A stretch of 64,000 bases of DNA from an uncultured Actinomycetes bacterium (GTDB lineage: Bacteria > Actinomycetota > UBA4738 > HRBIN12). Both the position numbers and the translations under genes were made by a program. The notes under the pieces were generated by a model that saw only the letters and a list, made by a program, of their open reading frames with translations, ran no database searches and had not been told where the DNA came from. The DNA lies in the NCBI GenBank assembly GCA_963704725.1, contig OY969934.1, positions 1,600,001 through 1,664,000 on the forward strand. Direction: 5' to 3'. Below, piece by piece: positions 10,232-19,899 of this stretch (position 1 is the stretch's first letter; each line of letters opens with the position of its first letter).

Positions 10232-11605
10232 GTGGCCGAGCTCATGGAGGCCATCACCTCCCTCGCCAAGCGGCGGGGGATCGCGTTCCAGTCCAGCGAG
10301 ATCTACGGCGGCCTGCGCTCGTCGTGGGACTACGGGCCGCTGGGCGTGGAGCTGAAGCGGAACGTCAAGAACGCCTGGTGGCGCTCGGTCGTCCAGCTCC
10401 GCGACGATGTCGTCGGCCTCGACGCCGCCATCATCATGTCGCCGAAGGTGTGGGAGGCGAGCGGCCACCTCGAGGTGTTCACCGACCCGCTCGTCGAGTG
10501 CCTGAACTGCCATCAGCGCTTCCGCGCCGACCACCTCCCGGGCGTCCACGCGCCGCAGTCCGGCCACGAGGACGACGAGACGACGATCGATCTCCAGGCC
10601 CGGCCGACGTGCCCCAACTGCGGTCATCGCGAGTTCACCGACCCGCGGAACTTCAACCTCATGTTCAAGACGCACATGGGCCCGGTGGCCGACGAGTCGA
10701 ACGCCGTCTACCTCCGGCCGGAGACGGCGCAGGGGCAGTTCGTGGACTTCGCGCAGGTCCAGTCGACGAGCCGGAAGAAGGTTCCGTTCGGCATCGCCCA
10801 GATCGGGAAGTCGTTCCGCAACGAGATCACGCCGGGGAACTTCATCTTCCGGCTCCGTGAGTTCGAGCAGATGGAGCTGGAGTTCTTCGTCGAGCCCGGC
10901 ACGGACGAGGAGTGGCACCAGCGCTGGATCGACGAGCGCTTCCGCTGGTACACCGAGCTCGGCATCCGCACCGACAACCTGCGGATCCGCGAGCACGACG
11001 CGGACGAGCTCTCGCACTACGCCAAGCGCACCGTCGACATCGAGTATCGGTTCCCGTTCACGGACTGGGGCGAGCTCGAGGGCATCGCCAACCGCACGGA
11101 CTTCGACCTGAAGCAGCACGAGAAGTTCTCGGGCCAGGACCTCACGTACTTCGACCAGGAGAAGAACGAGCGGTACCACCCGTTCGTGATCGAGCCGTCG
11201 GCCGGGGTCGACCGGTCGATCCTGGCGTTCCTGATCGACGCCTACCGCGAGGAGGACGCCCCGACCGCGAAGGGCGGGACCGAGAAGCGCACGTACCTCG
11301 CCCTGCACCGGGATCTGGCTCCGATCAAGGTCGCGGTGCTCCCGCTCAGCCGGAACGAGCAGCTCTCGCCGACCGCCAGGGGCGTGTTCGACCTGGTGAA
11401 GACGCACTGGATGTGCGGCTTCGACGACGCCGGGTCGATCGGACGCCGCTACCGCAGGCAGGACGAGGTCGGGACGCCGTTCTGCGTGACCGTCGACTTC
11501 GACTCGCTCGAGGATCGGCAGGTCACCGTTCGCGAACGGGACTCGATGCGCCAGGAGCGGCTGCCGATCGAGAACCTCGTCGCTCACCTGGACGAACGGC
11601 TGTAG
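10232..11605 (+). CDS. glyQS: glycine--tRNA ligase (alpha2 homodimeric type)
   Basis: [51 protein letters not shown]. Confidence 0.97.
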   Translation: MAELMEAITSLAKRRGIAFQSSEIYGGLRSSWDYGPLGVELKRNVKNAWWRSVVQLRDDVVGLDAAIIMSPKVWEASGHLEVFTDPLVECLNCHQRFRADHLPGVHAPQSGHEDDETTIDLQARPTCPNCGHREFTDPRNFNLMFKTHMGPVADESNAVYLRPETAQGQFVDFAQVQSTSRKKVPFGIAQIGKSFRNEITPGNFIFRLREFEQMELEFFVEPGTDEEWHQRWIDERFRWYTELGIRTDNLRIREHDADELSHYAKRTVDIEYRFPFTDWGELEGIANRTDFDLKQHEKFSGQDLTYFDQEKNERYHPFVIEPSAGVDRSILAFLIDAYREEDAPTAKGGTEKRTYLALHRDLAPIKVAVLPLSRNEQLSPTARGVFDLVKTHWMCGFDDAGSIGRRYRRQDEVGTPFCVTVDFDSLEDRQVTVRERDSMRQERLPIENLVAHLDERL

Positions 11606-11612
11606 GAACCCT

Positions 11613-11819
11613 GTGGACGAGCCGAAACCCCGAAGAGGATGGCCGACCCTCTACGCGCTCGCGTTCGCCCTGATGATCGTCTCGGGCGTGCTGGTCGTCG
11701 TGGGCGGCCTCCAGCGGCTGGACGAGCAGTCCCTGCGGCTCCTCCGGATCTCGTACGGGTTCTCGGTCGCCGCCATCGTCGTGGCCGTGGCCAGCGTGCT
11801 GGTCTCGAGGCGCGGATGA
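11613..11819 (+). CDS. small two-TM membrane protein
   Basis: two hydrophobic helices; stop overlaps next ATG. Confidence 0.55.
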   Translation: MDEPKPRRGWPTLYALAFALMIVSGVLVVVGGLQRLDEQSLRLLRISYGFSVAAIVVAVASVLVSRRG

Positions 11820-13150
11820 GCTCGCGCGCGAGAGCCCTGGCCGGGCTGCTCGCGCTGGTGCTGCTTGGGGCCTGCACGTCCGGCGACGACCGTGGCGGGG
11901 GGACCGGCGGGACGCCCTCGTCCGGCGTGCCGACCTCGCCGGAGGTCGTGCCCTCGCCCGAGAGCGGCCCCGGCTCCGCGCTCGCAGCCTTGGCCGAGCT
12001 CTGCACGATCCCCAAGCCGCAGACGGGAGGCTCCGGCGTCCCCCCCGAGGGGCCGACGCCGCCCGCCATCGCCGAGGTGATGGACCAGGTCGCGCAGATC
12101 CGCGGGTTCGACTTCAGCCGGCCGGTGGTCGCCGAGCCCGTCACGCAGCAGGAGATCGCCGACGGCTACGCCAAGTACCTCGACCAGGCGTACCCCGAGG
12201 ACTTCTACGCCCGGCGCAGCGATGCGTGGCAGACGATCGGCGTGATCCCCGCGGGCACCGGCATCCGCGACGCCATGCTCGCGTACGGGAGCACGCAGGT
12301 GATCGGCTACTACGACACGGTCACGGGCGAGCTGAAGTTCATCGGGGAGGAGGACCCCTCGCCGCTCGAGCGCTTCACGCTCTCCCACGAGCTGACGCAC
12401 GCGATCGACGACCAGAGGTTCGGCCTCGAGCGGATCGACCAGCTCGGCGCCCGGTGCCGCGACGAGGAGCTCGAGGCCTCGATCGGCCTGGTCGAGGGCA
12501 ACGCCACGTTCTTCATGATCCGGTGGGCCAGGACGTTCCTGACGCCCGCCGAGCAGATCGACATGAGCTCGGAGGCGGCCGCTCAGCAGCCGCCCACGGG
12601 CAACATCCCGCCCTTCATCGACGCCACCCAGCTCTGGCCCTACACGGCGGGGCTGCACTTCGTCACGGCGCTCGAGGCCGACGGCGGCCTCGACGCGATC
12701 GATGCGGCCTTCGAGCACCCGCCGATCTCGACTGAACAGGTGATGCATCCGGAGCGGTACCCCAACGACGTCCCGGTCCCGGTGGATGTGCCGGACCTCG
12801 CCCCCGGTCTCGGGGACGGGTGGACCGACCTCGATGTCCAGGGGGTGGGGGAGATGTGGCTCGACCAGGCCCTCCGGCTCCGCCTGGACGACGCCGCGTC
12901 GGACGCCGCCGCCGCCGGATGGGACGGCGGGATCTACCGGGCGTGGTTCCACGACCGGGACGTCGCCGTCGTGCTCGCGACGGCCTGGGACTCGGACGAC
13001 GAGGCCGCGGAGTTCGCGAGGGCGATGACGGACTGGATCGGCGGCTCCGGGCAGAGCGCGACGGTGCTCCCGCCGAGCGGCGCGACCGTCCGCGTCCTGT
13101 TCGCGAGCGACGCCGGGACGCTCAGCGCCCTGGAGTCGGCCGCGGCCTGA
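11816..13150 (+). CDS. lipoprotein, putative zinc metallopeptidase
   Basis: lipobox LGAC; HELTH followed by EGNA third-ligand motif; PISTEQVMHPERY. Confidence 0.7.
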   Translation: MSSRARALAGLLALVLLGACTSGDDRGGGTGGTPSSGVPTSPEVVPSPESGPGSALAALAELCTIPKPQTGGSGVPPEGPTPPAIAEVMDQVAQIRGFDFSRPVVAEPVTQQEIADGYAKYLDQAYPEDFYARRSDAWQTIGVIPAGTGIRDAMLAYGSTQVIGYYDTVTGELKFIGEEDPSPLERFTLSHELTHAIDDQRFGLERIDQLGARCRDEELEASIGLVEGNATFFMIRWARTFLTPAEQIDMSSEAAAQQPPTGNIPPFIDATQLWPYTAGLHFVTALEADGGLDAIDAAFEHPPISTEQVMHPERYPNDVPVPVDVPDLAPGLGDGWTDLDVQGVGEMWLDQALRLRLDDAASDAAAAGWDGGIYRAWFHDRDVAVVLATAWDSDDEAAEFARAMTDWIGGSGQSATVLPPSGATVRVLFASDAGTLSALESAAA

Positions 13151-13172
13151 GGCCGCGTCTACACTCGCGCCC

Positions 13173-13931
13173 GTGGAGGGTGCCGCGAAGCTCGTCGCCG
13201 ATCGCATCGAGTGTCGGTTCGGCGAAACGCTTGCCCTGTCCGAGGCAACGCTGGAGGTTCGGGCCGGCGAGTTCGTGGCGGTCGTGGGCCCCTCGGGCTG
13301 CGGCAAGAGCACGCTGTTCAACGCGATCTCCGGGCTGCTGCGGCCAACCTCGGGGCGCGTGCTGCTCGACGGCGAGGACGTCACGGGCCGGACGGGCCAC
13401 ATGGGGTACATGCTTCAGAAGGACCTGCTCCTGCCGTGGCGCACGGTGACGGGGAACATCGTGCTCGGCGCCGCACTCACCCGCGGTGCGACCTCGCAGG
13501 ACGAGGACGAGGCTCGGACCCTCGGATCTCGCTACGGGCTCGGGGAGTTCCTCGACCACTACCCGCACGCGCTCTCGGGCGGCATGCGCCAGCGGGTCGC
13601 GCTCATGCGGACCCTGGCGATGCACCGGGACGTGCTCCTGCTCGACGAGCCCTTCGGCGCGCTCGACTCGCAGACGCGTCTCGAGATGCAGCGCTGGCTC
13701 CTGGAGGTCTGGTCGGAGCTGGATCGGACCGTGCTGTTCGTGACGCACGACGTCGACGAGGCGGTGTTCCTCGCCGACCGCGTCGTGGTGATGACGCCGC
13801 GTCCCGGCCGGATCGAGGCGGCGATCGAGGTCACGATCCCGCGGCCGCGCGGGCTCGAGACCCTCACCTCGAGCCCGTTCATCGACCTCAAGCGACGGGT
13901 GCTCGGGCTGCTGTACGGGGAGGCGGCGTGA
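13173..13931 (+). CDS. ABC transporter ATP-binding protein (TauB/SsuB/NitT family)
   Basis: GPSGCGKST, LSGGMRQR, LLDEPFGALD, VTHDVDEA. Confidence 0.95.
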   Translation: MEGAAKLVADRIECRFGETLALSEATLEVRAGEFVAVVGPSGCGKSTLFNAISGLLRPTSGRVLLDGEDVTGRTGHMGYMLQKDLLLPWRTVTGNIVLGAALTRGATSQDEDEARTLGSRYGLGEFLDHYPHALSGGMRQRVALMRTLAMHRDVLLLDEPFGALDSQTRLEMQRWLLEVWSELDRTVLFVTHDVDEAVFLADRVVVMTPRPGRIEAAIEVTIPRPRGLETLTSSPFIDLKRRVLGLLYGEAA

Positions 13932-14767
13932 GCCGGCGCCGTCTCGGCCGGTGGTTGCTCCCGGTGGCGGCCGTGCTCGGCGTGTTCGTGGTCTGGGCGC
14001 TGATCGTCCGGATCTTCTACTTCCGCCAGCCGTACCTCGTGCCGTCGCCGCTGGAGGCGCTGCGCGAGCTGCGGGACGAGTGGCAGGTGCTCCGGCCGCT
14101 GTTCTTGACGACGCTCGAGGAGACCGTGATCGGCTTCGCCTCGGGCGCCGCGTTGGGCTTCGTGCTCGCGGTCCTGATGTCTCGATGGTCGGTGGTCCGT
14201 CGGCTCGTGTATCCGGTGCTCGTGGGCTCCCAGGCCATCCCGGTGGTCGCGATCGCCACGCCGCTCGTGATCCTGCTCGGGTTCGGGCTCCTTCCGAAGG
14301 TGGCCATCGTGGTCTTCATCGTCTTCTTCCCGGTGGTGGTGAACGTCCTCGACGGCTTCGCCAGCGTCGACCGTGATCTCCTGAACCTCGCGCGGATCAT
14401 GGATGGGCGCCCCCTTCGCGTCCTGTGGTCGGTCGAGCTTCCGGCGACCCTCGTCCCGTTGTTCTCGGCCCTGAAGCTCGGCGCCACGTACGCGGTGACC
14501 GGGGCCGTGCTCGGGGAGTGGAACGCGAGCCTCACCCCGGGGCTCGGAAACTATCTGCTGATCCAGAACTCCCGCCTCAACACCGCGGCGGTGTACGCCG
14601 CGGTGTTGCTGCTCACCGCCATCGGCGTCACGGGCTTCCTGCTCATGGTGATCGCGGAGCGGCTCTGCACGCCGTGGCGGAGCCGGTCGGTAGCCCGCCG
14701 CCGGCATCGCCCGGAGCGGGCGGTCGTGCGGGAAGATGTGCCCGTCGGAGAAGGAGGACCACCATGA
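13928..14767 (+). CDS. ABC transporter permease (TauC/SsuC family)
   Basis: GTGA overlap; multiple TM helices; QAIPVVAI, FFPVVVN, GAVLGEW. Confidence 0.9.
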   Translation: MSRRRLGRWLLPVAAVLGVFVVWALIVRIFYFRQPYLVPSPLEALRELRDEWQVLRPLFLTTLEETVIGFASGAALGFVLAVLMSRWSVVRRLVYPVLVGSQAIPVVAIATPLVILLGFGLLPKVAIVVFIVFFPVVVNVLDGFASVDRDLLNLARIMDGRPLRVLWSVELPATLVPLFSALKLGATYAVTGAVLGEWNASLTPGLGNYLLIQNSRLNTAAVYAAVLLLTAIGVTGFLLMVIAERLCTPWRSRSVARRRHRPERAVVREDVPVGEGGPP

Positions 14768-15807
14768 GGCCGCGTTCGTCGCTCGTCACGGGTCTGCTCT
14801 CGCTCGCGCTCATCGCGGCCGCCTGCGGGGGGAGCGAGGGAGGCGCGACCGGGCCCACGGGCACCGGCGCCACCGGGCCGACCCCGACCGGGGACGGCGT
14901 CGCCCCGGGCACCTCCCTGACGATCGTGACCGAGTGGCCCTTCCCGGACCCCCTGTGGATCCCCTTCCTCGCGGCGCAGGACCAGGGCTACTACGCGGAC
15001 GCGGGTCTGGACGTGACCCTCCAGACGCCGCCGGACAACTCGACGACGATGAAGATGCTCGCCCGCGGCGACGCGCAGGTCGGGCTCTCGGCGACGACCG
15101 ACGTGGTGTTCGCGCGGGCCCAGGACCTGCCGGTGGTGTCCATCTCGAACATGACCCAATCGAACAACTGGGGGCTGTTCCAGCTCGGTGACCAGCCGAT
15201 CGACGTCTCCTCGCTGGCCGGAAAGACGATCGGTATCTACAACGACTCCTGGACGGCCGCGATGCTCCCCCTGGTGCTGGCGTCGGGCGGCCTGACGATG
15301 GACGACGTCGACACGGTCGCCGCCACGGCGAGCGTGATCCCGTTGCTGCTCCGCGGCAGGATCGACGTGGCCACCGAGGTCACCAACCTCGGCGGCGTCG
15401 AGATCTCGACGAGCGGAGGCGGTTCGTTCACGCAGCTCCTCGGCCCGGAGGCGGGCACGCCCGACACCCCCGTGTGGGTCTACGTCGCCAACTCGGAGTG
15501 GGCGGCCTCGAACCCCGACGCCGCCTCGGCCTGGCTCGAGGCGACGCGCAAGGGCATCGAGTGGGCGAGCCAGAACCCCGATGCCGCCGTGGCGCTGTTC
15601 GAGCAGGCCTACCCGGAGGCGGCCACGGACAACGGCTACAACCTCGACGCGTGGAACGCCACCGTCCCGCTCCTCACCATCTCCGGCTCCTACCCGGCGC
15701 AGACCGACGAGGAGTGGTCCTCGTTCACACAGGCGCTCGTCGATGCGGGGCAGGTCGACTCGGCGCTCGCGCCGGGGGAGTACTACACGAACGACTACGC
15801 GCCGTAG
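14764..15807 (+). CDS. ABC substrate-binding lipoprotein (NMT1/THI5-like)
   Basis: GGAGG RBS, lipobox AAAC, AQDQGYYADAGLDV motif; substrate unknown. Confidence 0.85.
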   Translation: MRPRSSLVTGLLSLALIAAACGGSEGGATGPTGTGATGPTPTGDGVAPGTSLTIVTEWPFPDPLWIPFLAAQDQGYYADAGLDVTLQTPPDNSTTMKMLARGDAQVGLSATTDVVFARAQDLPVVSISNMTQSNNWGLFQLGDQPIDVSSLAGKTIGIYNDSWTAAMLPLVLASGGLTMDDVDTVAATASVIPLLLRGRIDVATEVTNLGGVEISTSGGGSFTQLLGPEAGTPDTPVWVYVANSEWAASNPDAASAWLEATRKGIEWASQNPDAAVALFEQAYPEAATDNGYNLDAWNATVPLLTISGSYPAQTDEEWSSFTQALVDAGQVDSALAPGEYYTNDYAP

Positions 15808-15855
15808 CCGTCGCCGCGAGCGAATCGGCCGCGGATGGCATAGGGTCGGCCGTGG

Positions 15856-16113
15856 ATGGGCCGATCCCAGGCGGATGCACCCGCGGCCGGGAGTGGGGGC
15901 TCGGTGCGAGGCTGGGGGATCGCGGTCGTTCGCGCGATCGCGATGCTCGTGGTCGTCTTCGTTGTGTTCGCCGTGGTCCCGAACTGGCTCCTGGGACGCC
16001 TGGCGACGAGGGTGACCTCCACGGGGCGCGACCTCATCCTCGTCGGCTGGTCGACCGTCGCGTTCGTGGGCGCCGGGTGGCTGTTCTTTCGCCTCCAGCG
16101 CGGGGAGCGTTGA
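15856..16113 (+). CDS. small two-TM membrane protein, first gene of the respiratory operon
   Basis: two hydrophobic helices; stop overlaps TTG of next gene; TAGGGT -10-like hexamer at 15841-15846. Confidence 0.6.
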   Translation: MGRSQADAPAAGSGGSVRGWGIAVVRAIAMLVVVFVVFAVVPNWLLGRLATRVTSTGRDLILVGWSTVAFVGAGWLFFRLQRGER

Positions 16114-17951
16114 GCGTGTCGTTCGTGGCCCGGCAGGTCGGCGGCGAGTGGTTCGACGACAACGTGCCGTGCACCCGCGCCTGCCCCGTGCTGACGATGG
16201 CGGGTCGGTACGTCGCCGCGATCGCGGCCGGCGACGACAGGTTGGCGTACGAGATCGCGCGCCTGCCGAACCCGTTTCCCTCGATCTGCGGCCGCGTCTG
16301 CGCGGCGCCGTGCGAGATCGCGTGCCGACGAGGCTCGATCGACCAGCCGATCGCCATCCGAGCGCTCAAGCGCCACGTGTGCGAGCGGTTCGGCGTCGAG
16401 AGCGAGCACGGCGACGAGGTCTACCGGCGCGCGGCCACGATCGCGCCTCCGCGGAGCGAGCGCATCGCCGTGATCGGCTCGGGCCCGGCCGGCCTTGCCT
16501 GCGCGCACGACCTGGCCACGTTCGGCTATCGGCCGGTCGTGTTCGAGGCCGCGGATCGTCCGGGCGGTCAGATGGTGCTGTCGATCCCGCCGTACCGGCT
16601 CCGCCGAGACCTCCTGGAGAGGGAGATCGACGCCGTGCTCGGCATGGGGGTGGAGGTGCGGACCGAGACGGCGCTCGGCCGCGACTTCACGCTCGCCTCG
16701 CTCTTCGACGACGGCTTCGAGGCGGTCTTCCTCGGGATCGGGGCGACCCGCGGTCGCGACCTGAACATCCCCGGACACGACAAGGACGGCGTCCTCAAGG
16801 CGATCGACTTTCTGCTCAACGCCAGCCTGGGCTACACGGTGGAGCTCGGCGCCGAGGTGCTGGTGATCGGCGGGGGAAACGTGGCCCTCGACGCCGCGCG
16901 GACGGCGCTCCGCACCCCCGCCACGAGTGGCGACGGGGACTCCCTCGCGGAGGCGGGGGAGGTCCAGGCCACGGCGGTGTTCGACGTCGCCCGGACCGCC
17001 GCCCGGATGGGCGCGCGGGTCACGGTCGTCTCGCTCGAGAACCGCGAGGAGATGCCGGCGCACGAATTCGAGATCGAGGAGGCCGAGGTCGAGGGGATCG
17101 CGCTGCGTCACCGGCTGGGGCCGAAGGCGATCGTCGGAAACGGACAGGTCACCGGTCTCGAGGTCCTCGACGTCTCATCCGTGTTCGACGCCGACGGCCG
17201 GTTCAACCCCAAGATGATCGACGGAACCGAGCGGGTCATCCCATGCGACTCGGTGATCATCGCGATCGGACAGTCGCCCGACCTGTCGTGGATGCGTCCG
17301 GAGGACGGCCTCGAGACCGGGCCGGGTGGGACGATCCGGGTCGACTCCGAGTCCCTGGCGACCAGCGACGGGAGGATCTACGCGGGCGGCGACGTCGCCT
17401 TCGGCCCGCGCAACCTGATCGATGCGATCGGCGACGGCCGGCGCGCTGCGGCCTCGATCCATCGGCAGATCGCGGGCGCCGAGCCGCCCCGGCCGACGCT
17501 CTCGAACCGCCGGATGCTGCCGATCGTCTCAGTCAATCGGGGTGCGGGCGGCCGCACGTACACCGAGCGCGATCGCGTCCCCGTTCCCGCCGAGCCCACC
17601 GGCCGCCGGATCGGCTCGCCGGAGGTGGAGCTCGGTTACACGGAGGCGGAGGCCCGCGAGGAGGCCGGCCGATGCCTGCAGTGCTTCCTCAACATCATGC
17701 TCGACGAGACCCGGTGCATCCTGTGCCGGGGATGCGTGGACGTGTGTCCGGAGCGGTGCATCCGGATCCTGCCCGCCGAGCAGGTCGCCGGGATCGAGGT
17801 GCACGAGCCGTCGAGCGTCCTGGTGATCCAGGAGGAGCTGTGCATCCGCTGCGGGCTGTGTGTGGACCGCTGCCCCACGGACGCGCTGTCGCTCGAGGGC
17901 TGGTCGGAGGCGTCCTCGGCGCCGGTCGCGCTCGAGCTGGTGCCGCGGTGA
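16110..17951 (+). CDS. GltD/NfnB/DsrL-like FAD- and NAD(P)-dependent oxidoreductase with C-terminal 2[4Fe-4S] ferredoxin domain
   Basis: CTRACP…[13 protein letters not shown] cluster motifs, [45 protein letters not shown]. Confidence 0.9.
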   Translation: MSVSFVARQVGGEWFDDNVPCTRACPVLTMAGRYVAAIAAGDDRLAYEIARLPNPFPSICGRVCAAPCEIACRRGSIDQPIAIRALKRHVCERFGVESEHGDEVYRRAATIAPPRSERIAVIGSGPAGLACAHDLATFGYRPVVFEAADRPGGQMVLSIPPYRLRRDLLEREIDAVLGMGVEVRTETALGRDFTLASLFDDGFEAVFLGIGATRGRDLNIPGHDKDGVLKAIDFLLNASLGYTVELGAEVLVIGGGNVALDAARTALRTPATSGDGDSLAEAGEVQATAVFDVARTAARMGARVTVVSLENREEMPAHEFEIEEAEVEGIALRHRLGPKAIVGNGQVTGLEVLDVSSVFDADGRFNPKMIDGTERVIPCDSVIIAIGQSPDLSWMRPEDGLETGPGGTIRVDSESLATSDGRIYAGGDVAFGPRNLIDAIGDGRRAAASIHRQIAGAEPPRPTLSNRRMLPIVSVNRGAGGRTYTERDRVPVPAEPTGRRIGSPEVELGYTEAEAREEAGRCLQCFLNIMLDETRCILCRGCVDVCPERCIRILPAEQVAGIEVHEPSSVLVIQEELCIRCGLCVDRCPTDALSLEGWSEASSAPVALELVPR

Positions 17952-17952
17952 G

Positions 17953-18792
17953 ATGAGGCCGATGTCGTCGAACGGGCGGAAGCTGCGGGACCGGGAGTGG
18001 TACAAGGCGCTGCTGCATCCGGGCGAAACGTTCCGCGAGAGCGAGGTCTACCGCTCGGCGATCCGACACCCCAGGCCCGATACGCCGCGCGGCCGGGCGC
18101 TGACGTCGTTCCAGAGCTTCTTCCTGCACATCTATCCGGTGAAGGTCCCGGCCGCCGTCGCCAGGACCAGGACCACGCTCCGGCTCGGATTCATCGCGAC
18201 GGTGCTCTTCGCGATCCTGTTCGTCTCCGGGATGTACCTGATGTTCTTCTACCACCCGGCCGTCCCCGACGCGTACTTCGACATGCATACGCTCGCGACG
18301 TCGGTCACGTTCGGGCAGTTCGTCCGCAACGTGCATCGCTGGTCGGCGCACCTGATGGTGGTCGTGGTGGCGCTGCACCTCCTGCGGGTCTTCTACTCCG
18401 GGGCGTACCGGGCGCCGCGACAGTTCAACTGGGTGATCGGCGTCGGCCTGTTCGTCGTCACCCTGCTGCTGTCGTTCACCGGCTACCTGCTGCCGTGGGA
18501 CCAGCTCGCGTTCTGGGCCATCACCGTCGGGACGAACATCGCCGGCTACGTGCCGCTCCTCGGCGGCCACGTTCGTTCGCTCCTGCTCGGCGGGAGCGAC
18601 GTGACCGGAGACGCGCTGTTGCGCTTCTACGTGCTGCACATCTACCTCTTGCCGACCCTGATGGTGATCGGCATCGCCATCCACGTCTGGCGCGTCCGAA
18701 AGGACGGGTTCGCGGTCCAGGACCGCGTGGAGGAAGAGCCCGTGCACCTCGAGGAGTCCGAGGCGAAGGAGGTGGCCGATGTCCGCTCGTGA
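17953..18792 (+). CDS. cytochrome b6-type (N-terminal cytochrome b) subunit
   Basis: HRWSAH…[23 protein letters not shown]…IH with 14 residues between the helix-D histidines. Confidence 0.93.
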   Translation: MRPMSSNGRKLRDREWYKALLHPGETFRESEVYRSAIRHPRPDTPRGRALTSFQSFFLHIYPVKVPAAVARTRTTLRLGFIATVLFAILFVSGMYLMFFYHPAVPDAYFDMHTLATSVTFGQFVRNVHRWSAHLMVVVVALHLLRVFYSGAYRAPRQFNWVIGVGLFVVTLLLSFTGYLLPWDQLAFWAITVGTNIAGYVPLLGGHVRSLLLGGSDVTGDALLRFYVLHIYLLPTLMVIGIAIHVWRVRKDGFAVQDRVEEEPVHLEESEAKEVADVRS

Positions 18793-19291
18793 GCCCGAGC
18801 CGCGATTCCGCCTCCTCGGGGTCGTCTCCAAGGAGGTCGAGCAGCAGCGGGACGAGGAGCTGCCCGAGGACGCGGTCTTCACGTGGCCGCACTTCCTGAT
18901 CCGCCATGCGGTCGTCGCCGCCGGGGTGGTCGTCGTCGTGTTCGTGCTGGCGATCCTGTTCCAGGCGCCGCTGAAGGACATCGCGAACCCCAGCGAGACG
19001 CCGGACGTGGCGAAGGCGCCCTGGTACTTCGCCGGTCTCCAGGAGCTGCTCCACTGGCTCCAGCCGGTCGTCGCCGGCGTGCTCATCCCGGGCGCGGCGC
19101 TCACGTGGCTGGTCGCGCTCCCGTACCTGGACCGCGGACGCGGTTGGAGGATCCGGGACCGGAGGTTCGTCGTCGTGGTATTCACGGTCGTGGCGGTCGC
19201 CGCGCTCGTGCTGACCGTCGTCGGCACGTTCTTCCGGGGGCCGGAGTGGAGCTGGGTCTGGCCGTGGACCCACAACTACGCGGAGTTCTGA
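18779..19291 (+). CDS. cytochrome b6 subunit IV-like (C-terminal cytochrome b)
   Basis: ANPSETP…KAPWYF (PEWY-equivalent), LPYLDR, three TM helices. Confidence 0.88.
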   Translation: MSAREPEPRFRLLGVVSKEVEQQRDEELPEDAVFTWPHFLIRHAVVAAGVVVVVFVLAILFQAPLKDIANPSETPDVAKAPWYFAGLQELLHWLQPVVAGVLIPGAALTWLVALPYLDRGRGWRIRDRRFVVVVFTVVAVAALVLTVVGTFFRGPEWSWVWPWTHNYAEF

Positions 19292-19292
19292 C

Positions 19293-19889
19293 ATGAGCGA
19301 CGAGCACAGCGAGCAGGGCCCGCCCGAGGCGGGCGAGCCGAGCGCGCAGGGTCCCCAGCCCGATCGTCCGGGCGGCATGGATCGCCGACGGTTCATGAGC
19401 GGGGCGTGGAAGACGATCGGCGTCGTGCTGGTCGGGGAGGGCGTGTGGACCTCCTACGACCTGCTGAACCCGAAGTCGGCGGCGGGCGGGGGCGTGATCG
19501 ACGCGGGACCGGTGAGCGACTTCGAGCAGGACGGCTCGGTCAGCTACTTCCTGAACGGGCGGTTCTACGTCACCAACCACCAGGGCGGGCTCCGAGCGCT
19601 CTACCAGAAGTGCCCGCACCTCGGTTGCCGGGTCCCGTTCTGCACGAGCTCCGGTCAGTTCGAGTGCCCCTGCCACGGGAGCGTCTACAACCTCATCGGC
19701 GAGTACCTGCGAGGGCCGACGCCGCGCGGCATGGACCGCTTCGAGATCTCGATCGAGAACGACCGGGTGATGGTGGACACGGGCGCGCTCGTCGAGGGGC
19801 CGCCGCGCGACGAGCTGACCGGGCCCTCCGAGCCGGCCGGGCCGTCCTGCGTGACGACGCAGGGCGATTCGTCGCCGGCGGGTGCCTAG
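19293..19889 (+). CDS. Rieske 2Fe-2S protein
   Basis: Tat-like MDRRRFM, CPHLGC, CPCHGSVY, GPTPRGM. Confidence 0.93.
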   Translation: MSDEHSEQGPPEAGEPSAQGPQPDRPGGMDRRRFMSGAWKTIGVVLVGEGVWTSYDLLNPKSAAGGGVIDAGPVSDFEQDGSVSYFLNGRFYVTNHQGGLRALYQKCPHLGCRVPFCTSSGQFECPCHGSVYNLIGEYLRGPTPRGMDRFEISIENDRVMVDTGALVEGPPRDELTGPSEPAGPSCVTTQGDSSPAGA

Positions 19890-19899
19890 GAGTCCCGAC

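Noticed and set aside
13151-13172. TPP riboswitch before the THI5-like ABC operon
   Set aside because: The 22-nt gap leaves no room and the gene looks leaderless, so thiamine-precursor specificity is unsupported
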